This document shows positions 62,150-64,000 of a DNA stretch of 64,000 bases, in pieces. This DNA is from Pedobacter sp. (GTDB taxonomy: Bacteria; Desulfobacterota; Desulfuromonadia; Desulfuromonadales; Syntrophotaleaceae): the NCBI GenBank assembly GCA_050253415.1, contig JBFWJC010000001.1, forward strand, positions 1,416,679 through 1,480,678, written 5' to 3'. The notes under the pieces are model-generated. The model searched no databases and was not told the origin of the DNA. It saw only the letters and a list, made by a program, of their open reading frames with translations. Made by a program: the position numbers and the translations under genes. Numbering within the stretch: the stretch's first letter is position 1; each line of letters begins with the position of its first letter.

Positions 62150-63090
62150 GGGGTTTCTCCCAGGCGATCACCGGGAATCAGTCCGGCTTGGCTGGCGGTC
62201 TCTTCCACATCGTCGTCCCATTGCAGACGGGTCAGCAACACCGCCCCATCACCGCATGCCACCAGCACGCCGTGGGGGAGGATTTCAAGAACGGTACCGG
62301 GGGCAGCGGTCCGGGTATCGAACGATTCGCGGCACGCCCAGATGAAAAATTTGCGGTCGCCGGCAAAGCTGAATGCGCCGGGATAAGGGTGTGCCAATGC
62401 CCGTACCCAATCGTATAGTTGCCGTTTTGGTAATGACCAGTCGATAACGCCATCTTCCGGGCGACGGCGTGGCCAGACCGTTGCCTTAGCGTCATCCTGC
62501 GGGATGCGCGGTGGCTGTCCACAAGCCAGCAGTGGTAGGCTTTCCACCAGCAGCCTGGCAGCTACTTCGTCGGTGCGTGCGCCAAGGATGGCGGCGGTAT
62601 CCTCGTAGTGAACCGGTACCATCGCCTGACTCAGCAGTTCGCCGGTGTCGGCCTCGGCATCGCACCAGAAAAGGCTGACGCCGGTCTGCTGCAACCCCTT
62701 GATCAAGGTCCAGGGGATGGGCGCCCGGCCCCGCCCCTCGGGGAGCATGGTGGGGTGCATGCCGATAAAACCGAGCTCCGGCACGGCAAGCAGCGCCTCT
62801 CCCACCAATTGGGACACGCCGATCACCATTCCGACATCGGGTTGGCATGCTTTCGACCAGCTCAGGATCTCCGGATCGTGCAGCGACGTAAAGGGGCGCG
62901 CGTTAAGATGGTAGTCCTGAATCAGGTCGTCGAAGGTACTGTGTGCCACTGTAATCCCGGCTTTGGATTCGTCCAGATACAGCACTCCGGTGATATTCGC
63001 GCCCGCCTCAAGCAATGCTTGCAGGCACCGGTGCCCGACAATGCGGGCCCCGACGTAAAGGATGCGCGGATGGTTGCCTGCAGGGGTCAT
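62146..63090 (-). CDS. Fmt/ArnA-like formyltransferase (probable sugar N-formyltransferase)
   Basis: HPTMLP.GRGRAPIPW, D.EADTG, formyl_trans_C RRPEDG.IDW...VRAL.HPYPGA. Confidence 0.85.
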   Translation of the reverse strand: MTPAGNHPRILYVGARIVGHRCLQALLEAGANITGVLYLDESKAGITVAHSTFDDLIQDYHLNARPFTSLHDPEILSWSKACQPDVGMVIGVSQLVGEALLAVPELGFIGMHPTMLPEGRGRAPIPWTLIKGLQQTGVSLFWCDAEADTGELLSQAMVPVHYEDTAAILGARTDEVAARLLVESLPLLACGQPPRIPQDDAKATVWPRRRPEDGVIDWSLPKRQLYDWVRALAHPYPGAFSFAGDRKFFIWACRESFDTRTAAPGTVLEILPHGVLVACGDGAVLLTRLQWDDDVEETASQAGLIPGDRLGETP

Positions 63091-63764
63091 GGCAGAATCT
63101 CGCGCAGCAACATAAAGGGTTCGGCCGCCTCGAGGCCAACCTGGCTGCCCCAGGCTCTGGCCCGTGCTTCCAGTGAGGGCAGGGAACGGGCGTGCGGGAA
63201 CGGGCGCAGTTCCCCCTGGTAGGCCGACATGGCTTCCAGCTTTTTGGTCATCACGTTTGCGATGTCCAGAAAAACATTCGGCACAAACGGCAAGGCAGGA
63301 TCGCCCCAGCCGGTGGCAGAGGGCACTTCCATGGCCAGGACCCGTCGTACTGTACTCCCTGGCAGCGGGCGGCAGGCGGTAAGGGTGGCCATGGCTGTAC
63401 GCTGATGATCGATGTTCAGATCTCCGGGATGGTGGGTGTAGACGATAGCTGGCTGGACGTCATCGATAACCGACTCGATGGCTTTTACGATGTCGAGCAG
63501 GTCCACCCTGTCGAACCGGTTATCGGGAAAATCAAAAAGGCGCAGATCGGTAACGCCGAGAGCGGCGGCCGCCTGACTAGCCTCGCTTCGCAATTGCGAC
63601 AACGCCTGTTGATCCAGGGCTTCAGGGGTCTCGAGTCGTGATGACAAACCGCTGCCCAGAATAAGAATTGTTACCGTATCGTTATCCTGAGTGTGGCGGG
63701 CCATGGCTCCGCCGGCGCCGAGGACTTCATCATCGGGGTGGGCGACGATTACCAGCACATTCAT
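63087..63764 (-). CDS. PIG-L/LmbE family N-deacetylase
   Basis: AHPDDEVLG.GG, FPDNR.D, YTHH.GDLNIDH, Y..ELR.FPH.RS. Confidence 0.9.
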   Translation of the reverse strand: MNVLVIVAHPDDEVLGAGGAMARHTQDNDTVTILILGSGLSSRLETPEALDQQALSQLRSEASQAAAALGVTDLRLFDFPDNRFDRVDLLDIVKAIESVIDDVQPAIVYTHHPGDLNIDHQRTAMATLTACRPLPGSTVRRVLAMEVPSATGWGDPALPFVPNVFLDIANVMTKKLEAMSAYQGELRPFPHARSLPSLEARARAWGSQVGLEAAEPFMLLREILP

Positions 63765-64000
63765 ACCGCCTCCGTTTTTACCTGAATCGCCTGCACGGCG
63801 GTTTCAGCTCGCTGGGCCGCCTGTTCCCGGTCTTCGGCCACGGCGATAACCAGTCCGGCGGAGGCATTGGAGTCGGTTGGCGGTCGAACGATGTCGCCGG
63901 GTTGTACGGCCAGGCGTACCATGGTCACGCCGGGCAGGTTGCGGGCTTCTTGTTCCCCCTCGATGGCTGTGACACGGCCCGGAGTTGGAAAGATCAGACG
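63761..64000 (-). CDS. C-terminal fragment of an ATP-grasp (L-amino-acid ligase-like) protein; partial
   Basis: Manual translation RLIFPTPGRVTAIEG...LPGV...GDIVRPPTDSNASAGLVIAVAEDREQA...; its TGA overlaps the ATG of the deacetylase. Confidence 0.65.
   Translation of the reverse strand, partial: RLIFPTPGRVTAIEGEQEARNLPGVTMVRLAVQPGDIVRPPTDSNASAGLVIAVAEDREQAAQRAETAVQAIQVKTEAV

Noticed and set aside
62146..63090. Housekeeping methionyl-tRNA formyltransferase (fmt)
   Set aside because: It lacks the GTP.FA and TQPD motifs and the def context, and it sits in a glycan-tailoring operon.

Overview
High-GC bacterial chromosome window. Gene content suggests a Desulfuromonadales-type deltaproteobacterium (inference). 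Bases ~1-5168 are the visibly more AT-rich tail of a mobile element inserted into comEC. comEC stops after its membrane domain, and the junction has a TG/CA terminus followed by three spaced ~18-20 bp repeats, which resembles a Tn7-family left end. The cargo is an FkbM-like methyltransferase and a complete His-Xaa-Ser radical-SAM RiPP locus (hxsD-hxsB-hxsC plus a 74-aa precursor with a signal-peptide-like leader and six HxS triplets). The rest is mostly core genome: HDOD, rodA-mrdA-mreDCB, ppiD, purC, purT; a phosphorelay/c-di-GMP operon headed by a truncated BMP protein; tlyA-cobM-like-sbcD-like-yhaN-like-hit; a dksA-like gene divergent from a short hydrolase-type RSH; assorted metabolic genes; a probable 6S RNA; and two diguanylate cyclases. 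The window ends with a flagellar filament locus (two PilZ genes, fliS, fliD, flaG, two flagellins) and the end of a probable flagellin-glycan tailoring operon. All calls come from motif recognition by eye; no database searches were run.
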